A model generated the notes under the pieces. That model ran no database searches. It was not told where the DNA came from and was given only the letters and a program-made list of their open reading frames with translations. From a virus, in the IMG/VR virus record IMGVR_UViG_3300045988_173816, positions 32,001 through 96,000 of that record: a stretch of DNA of 64,000 nt. The stretch is one strand, 5' to 3'. The position numbers and the translations under genes are program-made. Each line of letters begins with the position of its first letter. Within the stretch, counting starts at the first letter, position 1. Shown in pieces: positions 9,092 through 18,900 of this stretch.

Positions 9092-9229
9092 ATGAAGATA
9101 ATGATAGCAGTAGGTTTGTTGATTGTTTTTCAACTTTCCTACTTAATTTTAGAAATTGTGAAGTTTTCGTTAGTGAACGATAATCGAAGAAAACAAGAAG
9201 AAAATAGGAAGGACGTAAGATGTCAGTAG
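9092..9229 (+). CDS. possible small membrane peptide (45 aa)
   Basis: ATG ORF MKIMIAVGLLIVFQLSYLILEIV... in the spacer, overlapping the next start by 10 nt. Below the ORF-track cutoff. Confidence 0.25.
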   Translation: MKIMIAVGLLIVFQLSYLILEIVKFSLVNDNRRKQEENRKDVRCQ

Positions 9230-9975
9230 AACAAACATTGGCTCGTTTGGAGTCATTAAATAAAAAAGCATTGGAACATAACCGTAAAGAGCAAGAAATT
9301 CGAGGGTCTAAAAAAGCACGTGTTCAAGCAATTTTGAAGGAAGTTGAAGTTCTTAACTCTCTTGGGTATCCGATTAAAATGGAGCTCGCTAGTGAAACTG
9401 AGTTCACAACAGAGTCGATTGAAGCTTACAAAGCACTTGCAAGTAAAATTTTGGCTGAGAAAGTTTCTGAAGCAGAGCGTTTAGAGAAGTTCTTTGAAGC
9501 TGTAGAGAAGAAAGACTATGACACCATTAAGGAAATTACAGGAGAAGATGTGTCTGCGGTTTCTTATGATGTTGAAGTAGCAGATAGTAAAGAAGTCAAA
9601 GCAGAAGCAAAAGAAATTACAAGTCAGATGCTCGACAATGATGCAGTCGTTGATATTGCAAATGGTGAGTCTCCTTTGATTCCAGAACCAACAAAAGAAG
9701 TTAAATTTGACGGGGTTTCAGCAACTGAACAAGTGGTATCTCCGACTTCTGTTGAGGTTCAAGTCGAAGAACAGACTCCAACTCAATCTACTGAGACTAA
9801 AACAGATACAAGTGCAGTAGACCTTCTGACAAATGCTTTCGGTAGTGCAACTACAACAGAAACAGTAGAGGTTGAAGTACCTAAAGCAGAAGAAACACCT
9901 AAACCAAGTGATACTTCAAATCCATTTGCAGATTTTAGTATGGGTTCTTGGGAAGATGGTTTCAAGTTAGATTAA
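9220..9975 (+). CDS. acidic coiled-coil protein
   Basis: 251-codon ORF with RBS AGGAAGGA. E/D/T-rich, low-complexity C-terminal half. Confidence 0.55.
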   Translation: MSVEQTLARLESLNKKALEHNRKEQEIRGSKKARVQAILKEVEVLNSLGYPIKMELASETEFTTESIEAYKALASKILAEKVSEAERLEKFFEAVEKKDYDTIKEITGEDVSAVSYDVEVADSKEVKAEAKEITSQMLDNDAVVDIANGESPLIPEPTKEVKFDGVSATEQVVSPTSVEVQVEEQTPTQSTETKTDTSAVDLLTNAFGSATTTETVEVEVPKAEETPKPSDTSNPFADFSMGSWEDGFKLD

Positions 9976-9991
9976 GGAGAGCGTTTGAAGT

Positions 9992-11218
9992 ATGTTTTTA
10001 AAGATTGAATTTAACACTTTGGCAGAAGAAAGTCGTTTGCTGATTGATACTGTAAAGCGTTCTATGATTGACCCTCGAAGTAAAAATGTCGTTATTAAGG
10101 TAGAACCTAATGGTTCGGTATCCTTCCTAGCTCTTACGGATATTGTAGTAGCTAAAACAGAAGTTACTGCTTCTGCGGTAGAGGTTACGGACTTTGAGGG
10201 AGAAGAACCTATTTACTTCCAAGTACCAGCTCTTACATTAGAGAAATTAGTTTCAACTTATGCTGCAAGTGAATTAACTACGCCACTGAGTGTAACTTTC
10301 CATCCTCTAACGGATATTGAGGTTGCCATCACGGTTCAAGAAAGCTTGAAGTTACCAGACAAAGATGAAGAGATTCGCAACTCTTCTCTCATTGCAACTA
10401 CTTCACCGTTTTATGTTTCGGACTTGTACCGTTTGGAGTATATTAGCATTGCAGATAATGAAGAGGTTCCGTTTGTGGAGTTGACAGAGCAACAACGTGA
10501 GGATATGATTCAAACTTTGAATGACTTAGCTCCTTACACTCCAACAACGAATGAAATCCACAACGATTTAATGTTCAACCCAAGTACAAAGGCTTTGGAG
10601 TTCTACAAAGACACTTATATGCCTAGTGTTCAGAACAATATGGACTTCTTCTTGGAAGAAGGTGGTCTTCGTCCAATGAGTTTGATTGCTTTGAAAGACT
10701 TGTTGGCTAAAGGCTTATTCTCATTCTACAAAGATGAAGAAAAACACTTCTTTGTCTTGAAACAAGGTGCTACTGTATTAGGTGTTCTTTATGATGTAGA
10801 TGTGGCTTACCCACCAAACTCTTTGGATCAACTAGGCGACTTACCTTGGGTATCCTTGTCTCGTCCCCTTGTCGAAATGTACTTGAAGCGTATTAACGCT
10901 TTAAGTGGTCTTATGTCTGCAGAGCGTATTCAAGTTATTATTTCTGAGGATTTGAAGAATGTGACTTTCAAGTATGGAGACTTGGACTTAACTGCTCCTA
11001 TTGAACAAGTACATAAGGTGACAGAAGGTAACCAAGCGAAGTTGGAGCTAGGTGGTTTCCAATTCGGACTTTCGCCAGTTTACTTCGATTACTTGTTGTA
11101 TGGTAGGGGTGAGTTTGCTGATGATATTCGCTTTGGTTTTGCTGGTGCGGGTAAATATGTCTTTATCAAGAGTTTTGACTCATCTAACATTTGGTCGGTT
11201 GCTATGAGTAGTAATTAA
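9992..11218 (+). CDS. hypothetical protein (sliding-clamp-sized; function unproven)
   Basis: 408-codon ORF in the replication block. The size and N-terminus are loosely DnaN-like, with no diagnostic motif. Confidence 0.5.
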   Translation: MFLKIEFNTLAEESRLLIDTVKRSMIDPRSKNVVIKVEPNGSVSFLALTDIVVAKTEVTASAVEVTDFEGEEPIYFQVPALTLEKLVSTYAASELTTPLSVTFHPLTDIEVAITVQESLKLPDKDEEIRNSSLIATTSPFYVSDLYRLEYISIADNEEVPFVELTEQQREDMIQTLNDLAPYTPTTNEIHNDLMFNPSTKALEFYKDTYMPSVQNNMDFFLEEGGLRPMSLIALKDLLAKGLFSFYKDEEKHFFVLKQGATVLGVLYDVDVAYPPNSLDQLGDLPWVSLSRPLVEMYLKRINALSGLMSAERIQVIISEDLKNVTFKYGDLDLTAPIEQVHKVTEGNQAKLELGGFQFGLSPVYFDYLLYGRGEFADDIRFGFAGAGKYVFIKSFDSSNIWSVAMSSN

Positions 11219-11251
11219 ACCAAAGTTAGTGAATAGAAAAAGGAGGTTTCC

Positions 11252-11914
11252 TTGGTTTCAGAAACATTCGCAAATCGTCTTGGTGCAATTAAACAAGATT
11301 ACTCCTTAAAAGAGGATAGACTTAGAAAGCGCCAAGATGATATTGCACAACTAGAAGATTTGCGTACTCTCTATTTGAATAGAGCGAAAGCCTTGCAATA
11401 CGTTGTTATGTTAAGTAATGATGGTACAAAAGGTTTGCGTGACTATATGGAGGGTATCATTAACCGAGCTTTGGCTTTGGTCTTTGGAGAAAATGTCTAT
11501 AAGTTCTCCTTGATTTCTGATTTGAAAGCTCAGAAAGTTCACTTGAACTTATTGGAGTTTAAGAACGGTCAGTGGAACGAACTAGTGATTGGTAAACAAA
11601 CTGGTGATGGTATGGGTCAAATCATTGCCTTTCTGTTCTCTGTAGTATTGACTGAGATTACAAATCACCGTATGTTGTTTGTAGTAGACGAGTTGATGGG
11701 TGGTCTTCACGAAAAGGCAGTAGAATTGGTACAACGTTGTATTGCTGAGTTTGAAGGTCATGGTGGTCAGTTTGCTATGATTGAGTACACCTTTGAGGGC
11801 TTTGGTAAAGAGTTGATGTTGGCTTTCGACAACAAGAAAGAGCGTACTAACATTGTGGATTCGAGAGAATATCCATTGTTACCGGAAGAAAAAGAAAGCA
11901 CAGTTGTTGCTTAG
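11252..11914 (+). CDS. Rad50/SbcC-like ATPase, C-terminal half
   Basis: Short N-terminal coiled coil, then QTGDGMGQIIAFLFSVVL (degenerate signature-motif position) and MLFVVDELMGGL (Walker B/D-loop). Confidence 0.5.
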   Translation: MVSETFANRLGAIKQDYSLKEDRLRKRQDDIAQLEDLRTLYLNRAKALQYVVMLSNDGTKGLRDYMEGIINRALALVFGENVYKFSLISDLKAQKVHLNLLEFKNGQWNELVIGKQTGDGMGQIIAFLFSVVLTEITNHRMLFVVDELMGGLHEKAVELVQRCIAEFEGHGGQFAMIEYTFEGFGKELMLAFDNKKERTNIVDSREYPLLPEEKESTVVA

Positions 11915-11924
11915 TTATTAAAAA

Positions 11925-11958
11925 GAGAGGATCATCTTTAAGAGGTATCCTCTTTTTT
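11925..11958 (+). terminator. rho-independent terminator containing GGTATC
   Basis: Stem AGAGGAT / ATCCTCT followed by TTTTTT. GGTATC (11944-11949) spans the loop and the 3' arm. Confidence 0.6.
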
Positions 11959-12009
11959 CTTGCTTTTTTAATGTGGTTTTGCTAAACTAGACGAATAAAG
12001 AAACGAAAG

Positions 12010-12222
12010 GTGGTTTGCGCTTTGAACTTAACGGAAAATAGACTTTATAAACACAGGCTGGATTCCAACAAAGTTGTTGTAGTTAAAGAAATAAAACAAG
12101 GTCAAGTCACGTTTCTTCACGCACCTCCAATGAATAGTGACATACAGTGGCTTGTACCTCCGAAACGTGACACTTTGTCTTTAAGTGACTTTAAGTCAAT
12201 TTACCAACTTTTTAAGCATTAA
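12010..12222 (+). CDS. hypothetical small protein
   Basis: 70-codon GTG ORF between a terminator and the next promoter-like region. Weak evidence. Confidence 0.35.
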   Translation: MVCALNLTENRLYKHRLDSNKVVVVKEIKQGQVTFLHAPPMNSDIQWLVPPKRDTLSLSDFKSIYQLFKH

Positions 12223-12343
12223 AACACTTGCGGTATCTACCTCTGCCAACCAAATCGAAAATGTAACAGAGTCGTAATAGAACTTACGACTTTTTCTGTT
12301 ATAATAGAGACTATCAATTGAATGAAAAGGATGAAATTCTCGT

Positions 12344-13603
12344 ATGAAAAAGAAAACCGTATCGACATTATTATTAAGTACAGTTCTATTGAGTCAATTT
12401 TTCACAGTAGTTCCATCAGTTCACGCTGGTGTTTTACAATCGGACACTAATTTAGAAAAACAAACTCAAAAAGTGGAACAGTTGACAGATAAACAATTAG
12501 AAGCTACTAAACAGTTAGATGAAGTTCAAGCTAAAGTAATGGTTTTAGAAACTGAGCAGTCTAATTTAGAGAGTGAAAATGAGCATTTAGAGTCGGTGTC
12601 TAAGACTTTGGAGCAAGATATTGATACTTTATCTAAGAATATTGTGTCAAGACAAAGTTCGTTAGAGGAACAAGCTAGAAGTGCTCAAACAAAAGGTACT
12701 GCGCTTGATTATGTGAATGCAGTTATCAATTCTAAATCTATTTCTGATGCTATTTCTAAAGTTTCTGCTATGAGTCAGATTGTAGAAGCTAGTAACAAGA
12801 TGTTAACTGAGCAGAAGAAGGATAAGGAAGCTATTTTAGCGAAGCAAGAAGAAAACAATAACGCTATTAACACAGTTATTGCAAATAAAGAGAAATTACA
12901 AGATGATGCACAGTCTTTAAATGCTCGCAAAGCAGAGTTAGAAGTAGCGAAGTTAAATTTGGAAGTTGAAAAGAATGAAGCAGAAGATAAGAAAGCTGAA
13001 CTATTAGCACAGAAAGAAGAGTTGGAGCGTAAAGCTACACAAGCTTTGGAAGAAGAAAAAGCATATTTAGCTCAAAAAGAGAGTGAAAAAGCAGTAGTTA
13101 CTAACTCTGCCAACACTTCTTTAGAAAAAGAGGTTTCAGCGGTATCAGCACCGTCTGCACCAATTACCTCAGAAGAAGAAGTAACTTCAAGCTCTGAACC
13201 TCAAGAAGAACTTTCAACACCAGCAGTAACTACAACTGTTACTACAACAAGTCATCCTAAGTACAATACAGACGCTTCAAGTTACCCAATGGGAGAGTGT
13301 ACTTGGGGAGCTAAGACATTAGCACCTTGGGCTGGAGACTATTGGGGTAATGGAGCGCAGTGGGCGACAAGTGCTACCGCCGCAGGATTTAGAACAGGTT
13401 CAACTCCACAAGTCGGTGCGATTGCTTGTTGGAACGATGGTGCTTATGGTCACGTGGCAGTTGTAACTGCGGTTGAGTCTAATACTCGTATTCAAGTTTC
13501 TGAGTCTAACGTTGGTGGAAAACGTTACATTGGCAACCACCGTGGCTGGTTTAACCCAACTACAACTTCAGAAGGATTCGTAACTTACATTTATCAAAAC
13601 TAA
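12344..13603 (+). CDS. secreted PcsB-like coiled-coil / CHAP-domain peptidoglycan hydrolase
   Basis: Signal peptide [28 protein letters not shown], a long coiled coil, and a C-terminal CHAP region CTWGAK...[17 protein letters not shown]...SESN (Cys/His catalytic pattern). Confidence 0.85.
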   Translation: MKKKTVSTLLLSTVLLSQFFTVVPSVHAGVLQSDTNLEKQTQKVEQLTDKQLEATKQLDEVQAKVMVLETEQSNLESENEHLESVSKTLEQDIDTLSKNIVSRQSSLEEQARSAQTKGTALDYVNAVINSKSISDAISKVSAMSQIVEASNKMLTEQKKDKEAILAKQEENNNAINTVIANKEKLQDDAQSLNARKAELEVAKLNLEVEKNEAEDKKAELLAQKEELERKATQALEEEKAYLAQKESEKAVVTNSANTSLEKEVSAVSAPSAPITSEEEVTSSSEPQEELSTPAVTTTVTTTSHPKYNTDASSYPMGECTWGAKTLAPWAGDYWGNGAQWATSATAAGFRTGSTPQVGAIACWNDGAYGHVAVVTAVESNTRIQVSESNVGGKRYIGNHRGWFNPTTTSEGFVTYIYQN

Positions 13604-13619
13604 GAAAATAGTAAATTTT

Positions 13620-13651
13620 ATCCAGTATGTGAGGGCATGCTGGATTTTTTC
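13620..13651 (+). terminator. rho-independent terminator
   Basis: Stem ATCCAG (13620-13625) / CTGGAT (13640-13645) followed by TTTTTT. Confidence 0.6.
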
Positions 13652-13682
13652 GTGTTCTCGTTTGGATAGTAAGTAGAAAATC

Positions 13683-15941
13683 TTGAAAGTTGAGATAAAA
13701 CAAATGTTTGAACTACTAAAAGGTTCCCAACCTGTTTCAACTCAAAACCAACAAGGTCAAGGAGTTGTACAAGGTAAAGTAACCAATAAATACGTTGAAA
13801 ATTTTGAAAGGCTCTTGTGTGCAGGAGCATATAAACAGTTAAAAGAGAGAAAAGACAAGGGAATTACTGAGGGTATCATTTCCAAGTTCTCGCCTAACAA
13901 TGTGCGTAGAGTTGTTCTTGGGTTAGATGGTATTTACGTTCAGTTTTATGTTTCCCCGGTTAATTTTAAGGCAAAGGAGCAGTTCGTACCAATTACCTTT
14001 ACAGAGCAGTTAGGTACAGAATTATCAGCAGAAAGCAAGTCTACTCCAATTACTAAAGTGTTGAGAGGTGACAGTCGCTCTCTCTTTGGTTCACGTGTCT
14101 TCTCTAGTGTTGAAGAGATTATTATCTTGAGCAGTAGTCCAGAAGTTCAAGGGTATCTTTTAGACAACCACGGTCTCGATTGGTTCTTAGACCCAAGTAG
14201 AAAACAAACTGTGGAGTCTTCCTTTAAGCGATTGAGAGCAGTTGGTTTAGTGGAAGATAGTGTGACTTGTAAAGAGTTTGTCGAAAGTCATAGAGAACAA
14301 ATCAATGATCCGTATGGTTTAATTTTGAGAGACACCGAATTGAACTATGTTGGTGCTTTGTTCAATGATGATTTGTATTATACCCACACGGCTCTTCGTC
14401 CTCAATATTATGAGATGGATGAAGAAGGTGGCGCTCTGTGGAATTATTTCCAAGAGGTTAAGAAAGGTTCTCCAAGTAGAGCAAAGGCTTCAACTACGGA
14501 TAGTAAAGAGATTGGTAAAGGGTTCTTAAAAGAAACCGACTTAACCTTAGTAAACAATTTCTTAGGTTTAGTACATGTGCTAGAGGGGTATCAACAAGAT
14601 ATTTCGGCTGATTTTCCAACTTTAAAGGAGACTTTAGAAGTAGGAGAGCATAATAAAGCTCTAGCAAAAGAGTATGTAAACTCTATGGTTGCTTTTGTAA
14701 AAGAGCATCGAGATATTACTTCTTATCCAACTCCAAAAGTAGCTATTACAACTGATACAACTTATTTAAGAGCAGTTTCTGTCGCTAATTACCTCTTGAA
14801 GAACAAAGACAAGGTGGGGTTAAGTAAAGGTGTGGATTCAGTATTTGTAGGGTATCTCACTGCGCTCACCACTTGCTTGGAGTTGGCTTTAGAACATATC
14901 ACCTTTGACTTTATGAGTTCAGAGTTTGTTTCAAGTTATAAGAGTGGGTTAGAGTTGTATTTTAGCAACTTATCTGATGAAAGAGAAGAAACAGAAGAAC
15001 CTTTGGAAACAGAAGAAGAGGTCTCAGAAGAACCAACCGAAGAAGACAACATTATTGAGAAGTACCAAGGACTTTATGATAAATTAGATAGTTTCGGTTT
15101 TGATTTAGAGGGTGTAGACTTTAAACCTTTAGAGAGAGAAATTACTTTAGAGGGTGTAGATTTCTTACCAGAGAGTGTGTTAGACACAGTAGGAGAAGTT
15201 TCTCCTTTATTTGCAGTAATCAGTTGGTTGTCTATGAACTCGGTTTACTCTTTCGATACATTCTTTAACGAAAAAGATTTCTTCCAACTAGCTTGTTCTT
15301 TAAAAGACCTTGATTTATCAGATGAAGAAGCACTTAAACTAGCAAGTTTCGGTATCTTTGGTTTAGAGTCAGATTCTGTATTTGAGGGTTACAATGATTT
15401 TATTGATAAGAACTCTAAGTTAAAAGAGCAGTTCGGAGAGTTTGATAGTTACTTCGTAAATGAGGGTAAAGGCTCAGAGTTTAAACAAATTAGACCGTCC
15501 TTTAAAGAGTTTGCAGAGCGTTTTGCTAATGAAGTCTCAGTTGAATTACTGACTGCTCCTAACTATTTAGCAGTAGATGTCTTACGTTCTGCTTATGGTT
15601 TCAATGCTTGGGGTGTTCCATTACCTAAAGTTTCTCAACTACCTAAATTGAGTAAACTTCTGACTGATTTGGTAAACACCACACGGGTATCCTATCGTTT
15701 CCGTCGAGATTTTGAGAAGTTTGAAAAAGAGTTTGGAGCTGATGTTATTAGTCGTTTGAGTAGTAAACACTTAACAAAAGAGGGTGATTTCCTAAGTTGT
15801 ACTATTGACCCTAATACTTTTGTGAAGGTAGTAAGTAGCATTTTCAGTTATTATCCGCCTAGCGAAGTAAGAGACATTAGTGGAGTCTTCCAAAAAGCAT
15901 TAGAATTAGTAGAGAAGAAAGAAGGTGATGAGCGTGAGTAA
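13683..15941 (+). CDS. large hypothetical protein (752 aa)
   Basis: Long ORF with an acidic linker EETEEPLETEEEVSEEPTEED. The start is uncertain (TTG 13683 or ATG 13704). Confidence 0.6.
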   Translation: MKVEIKQMFELLKGSQPVSTQNQQGQGVVQGKVTNKYVENFERLLCAGAYKQLKERKDKGITEGIISKFSPNNVRRVVLGLDGIYVQFYVSPVNFKAKEQFVPITFTEQLGTELSAESKSTPITKVLRGDSRSLFGSRVFSSVEEIIILSSSPEVQGYLLDNHGLDWFLDPSRKQTVESSFKRLRAVGLVEDSVTCKEFVESHREQINDPYGLILRDTELNYVGALFNDDLYYTHTALRPQYYEMDEEGGALWNYFQEVKKGSPSRAKASTTDSKEIGKGFLKETDLTLVNNFLGLVHVLEGYQQDISADFPTLKETLEVGEHNKALAKEYVNSMVAFVKEHRDITSYPTPKVAITTDTTYLRAVSVANYLLKNKDKVGLSKGVDSVFVGYLTALTTCLELALEHITFDFMSSEFVSSYKSGLELYFSNLSDEREETEEPLETEEEVSEEPTEEDNIIEKYQGLYDKLDSFGFDLEGVDFKPLEREITLEGVDFLPESVLDTVGEVSPLFAVISWLSMNSVYSFDTFFNEKDFFQLACSLKDLDLSDEEALKLASFGIFGLESDSVFEGYNDFIDKNSKLKEQFGEFDSYFVNEGKGSEFKQIRPSFKEFAERFANEVSVELLTAPNYLAVDVLRSAYGFNAWGVPLPKVSQLPKLSKLLTDLVNTTRVSYRFRRDFEKFEKEFGADVISRLSSKHLTKEGDFLSCTIDPNTFVKVVSSIFSYYPPSEVRDISGVFQKALELVEKKEGDERE

Positions 15942-18900
15942 AGTACAAGATCAGATGGAGAAAATCTCAAATCAGCTTGGGCTTGGTTTGGATAATCAAC
16001 AGATTGTAGATGTAGTTTATAGTTCAGTTGAGGAACTAGTAGAGAATGGACTTGAAGGTTCAGATGAGGTCGTTTATTTCTATGCTACTTGTATGTTAGC
16101 TTGCGCCTTCGGTCAGCTTTCTTTAGATAGAAAAGAGAGTGGCTTTACTTTTGGGTTCAGTGATTTAAAACCAATTTACACTCAATTAGAGTCAGAATTG
16201 GCAGTCCATTCCGTTGAAAACCAACTAAAAAACCAACTAGCGGTATCCGACTTGCGTTCAACTTCTTTGAGAGAATTGAAAGCAGAGCAATTAGAATACT
16301 TCTTAATTGATGATATTGCAACTGTTTCAAAGGCTTTAGATTTAGAGTTTGACCCTACTTCGGTATCTACCGAGGTCAAAGATAGCTTGGTTTCTGTAGA
16401 AGATGAGACCTTTGCACGAAAGATTAAAGCTTTAAAATCTTCAAGTAAATTGAACGCTGATGTTGTGTCTTTAGTTGATTCTTTACTTGATATTTATGAT
16501 TTTGCCTTTGAAGCAGGTTATGAGCTAGATAAATACGAAGGGGTTGTAGTTGGTTTACCAGATTTGCCTATGGTTATTATCCAAGGAGAGCAAGCAGTTC
16601 AACCAAATTATACTGCATCTTATTATGCAGGGGAAGCGATGTTTTCTCCTCTTCGTTCTATTTCTGTAAATACTTCAAGACAAGTGGATTTAAAAGAAAT
16701 TGTAGAGTCAAGCAAACCGATTTATTACCCTTACAAGATGTTAGAGTTTGCATTAAGTCGTAAAGTAACTGTTCAAAAAGATGATTTGAACTTTCCTTCA
16801 GTTCCTATGAAGTGGAAAGGTTCAGACGGTCAACGTGAAGCGATTAAAGATTACTTAACAAAGAGAGCTTGGGAATATTTAGTTTTAGTTTGTGATACTT
16901 ACCAAGATGGGTATTTTTGGTCTGATAAGGTTGCTTATTTTGGGAAAGGCGCAACAAGACCGATTACTCCAACAGATAACCAAGTATTTAAAGAGTATTT
17001 AGCTAAATTTAAAGCGACTTTCTCAACATTTTCTATATTGAAAAACCACGTTGGCATGATGGAAGATGAGAAATGGGCTTCCGCCGAGTGGGTGGTATCA
17101 GCTCCAATTTCTGAACTTCAAAACAGCGAATTTAATCATAGTAGTGCTTTATACACTGATGTATTTGAATATGGTGGTGACTTTGAAGTTCCTTTGGTGA
17201 GAGATTTTAAAGATGTTCGTGTAAGTCACTACACCCACATTGCTAAACCAGAAATTGCCGAGAGCGAACCTTTGTTTGCATATAAGGCTTTAGAGTCCTT
17301 ACAACGTAAAGGTGAGAAACTAACTTATGGCTACCAGTTATTGGGTAAAGGTCTTGATGGTCGTATTCTAACTGCTTCAAACGATATGACTGCAGCAGTA
17401 AATGCTGGAGCTAAGTTAGTTCTCACTTATTGGGCTGGTTCTCGCTCGGGTAAAGGAGTCTCCATTTCAAACGGTCTAGCGGTATCGATTGCGAATGGTC
17501 GTCCAGTGTTTGGTGGTGATGGTAAACCAGACACAATGGTTCCTTACTATATTGCCTTTGGTGGAGCTGATGAAAACGGTATTCCTAAAGGTTATTTCAT
17601 TCAAGCGGGTGTTTTCAATAAATCTGCTATGCCAGTAGTCAATAACATTTCTGAGCAGTTGGATTGGGATAATAACTCTACTATCATGGGTTGGTTCGAT
17701 AAATCTATTCCTAAATGGTTTAGTGGTGTAAGTAGTTCTCAAAAGCGCTACACAGGTGCTTGGGGAGATATGGCTTTCTATCGCCACATGTTGCTTGTTA
17801 TGGGTATTGTTTCACTTCGTGCTACGGTTAAAGCTAGTGACGTTGCTCTTTACGAAAAACTTGGAGGTGATGAAGGTATCCTCGGAATTTTTGATGAGGT
17901 AACAAACTGGTCGAATTTGTTTGGGTCTAAGGCTCTCAGCTCGAATGGTGGTTGGTTCCAAAGCATCATGTCTGACCCAGAACTTGAAGAATTTGTGGAT
18001 TTAGGTCAAAATTACTTAGGTGGTTTACTGAAAGAACAAGCAACTCGCAAATTTGAACGTACTTTAGATGATAAAGCAGGTGAGCTGAGAAACAGAGCAT
18101 ACTTACGAGATTTGTACGATAAGCTTGATGAAAGCATGCAACTGTTGAACAAGCTGAAAAAAGCAGGTTTCCAAAACGAGGAGAGCTTGCGCTCAAGTAT
18201 TTACTTAGTAGGTCAAAGTTTCAACATGGGTGGTTTTGATAAACTTCCTAGAAACAAAGGGAATGATGCATCCTCATTTAAAGCAGCTTGTGATTATAAG
18301 AACGGTGTAGTAGATCCTTGGTTGTATACTCTTTTAAATTTGGACACTGGGTTTATGGTTGGGTACAAAGGTACTGAAAAATCTCAGTATTGGTCTAGCC
18401 AAAACGGGTCAGATTCCAAGCGGTATCTCACTTCAAGTTCTCGAAGGTTTGCTTATTTTGGTAGTGTGGATTTCCCAACCATTCGAGATGAAAACCCTCA
18501 AAATAAAGGGTTGGCTCGCTCTGTAAATTCTCAAATGGAAGGTGGAGCAGTCTACTTTAAACCTTATTTGATTTTAGGTGACTCCCAAGGTTCCTGTGTC
18601 ACTCAGTTGGAGAAGAACTTAGGAAGTAAAGCTGAGTCTATCAAGTCTCGTAATTCAAACCCTAACAATCCTAATGAGTGGGATGAAAGAATTGGTGTTC
18701 TAGGGTATCTGAAGGCTCTCGGTTCTAGTGATATTAGTAAGTCTTTTGTCCGAGCTAGAGAGATTGCTGATTTGGTTGTAGCTCAAATGGGTTATGAGGG
18801 TTCTTACTTGGAGTTTCTTTTAGACCTAAGACCTGAGTGGAATTTCTCTTGTGAAGATGTCGTTATGGCTTTCACAAACCAAGACGCTTATTTAGCTAAG

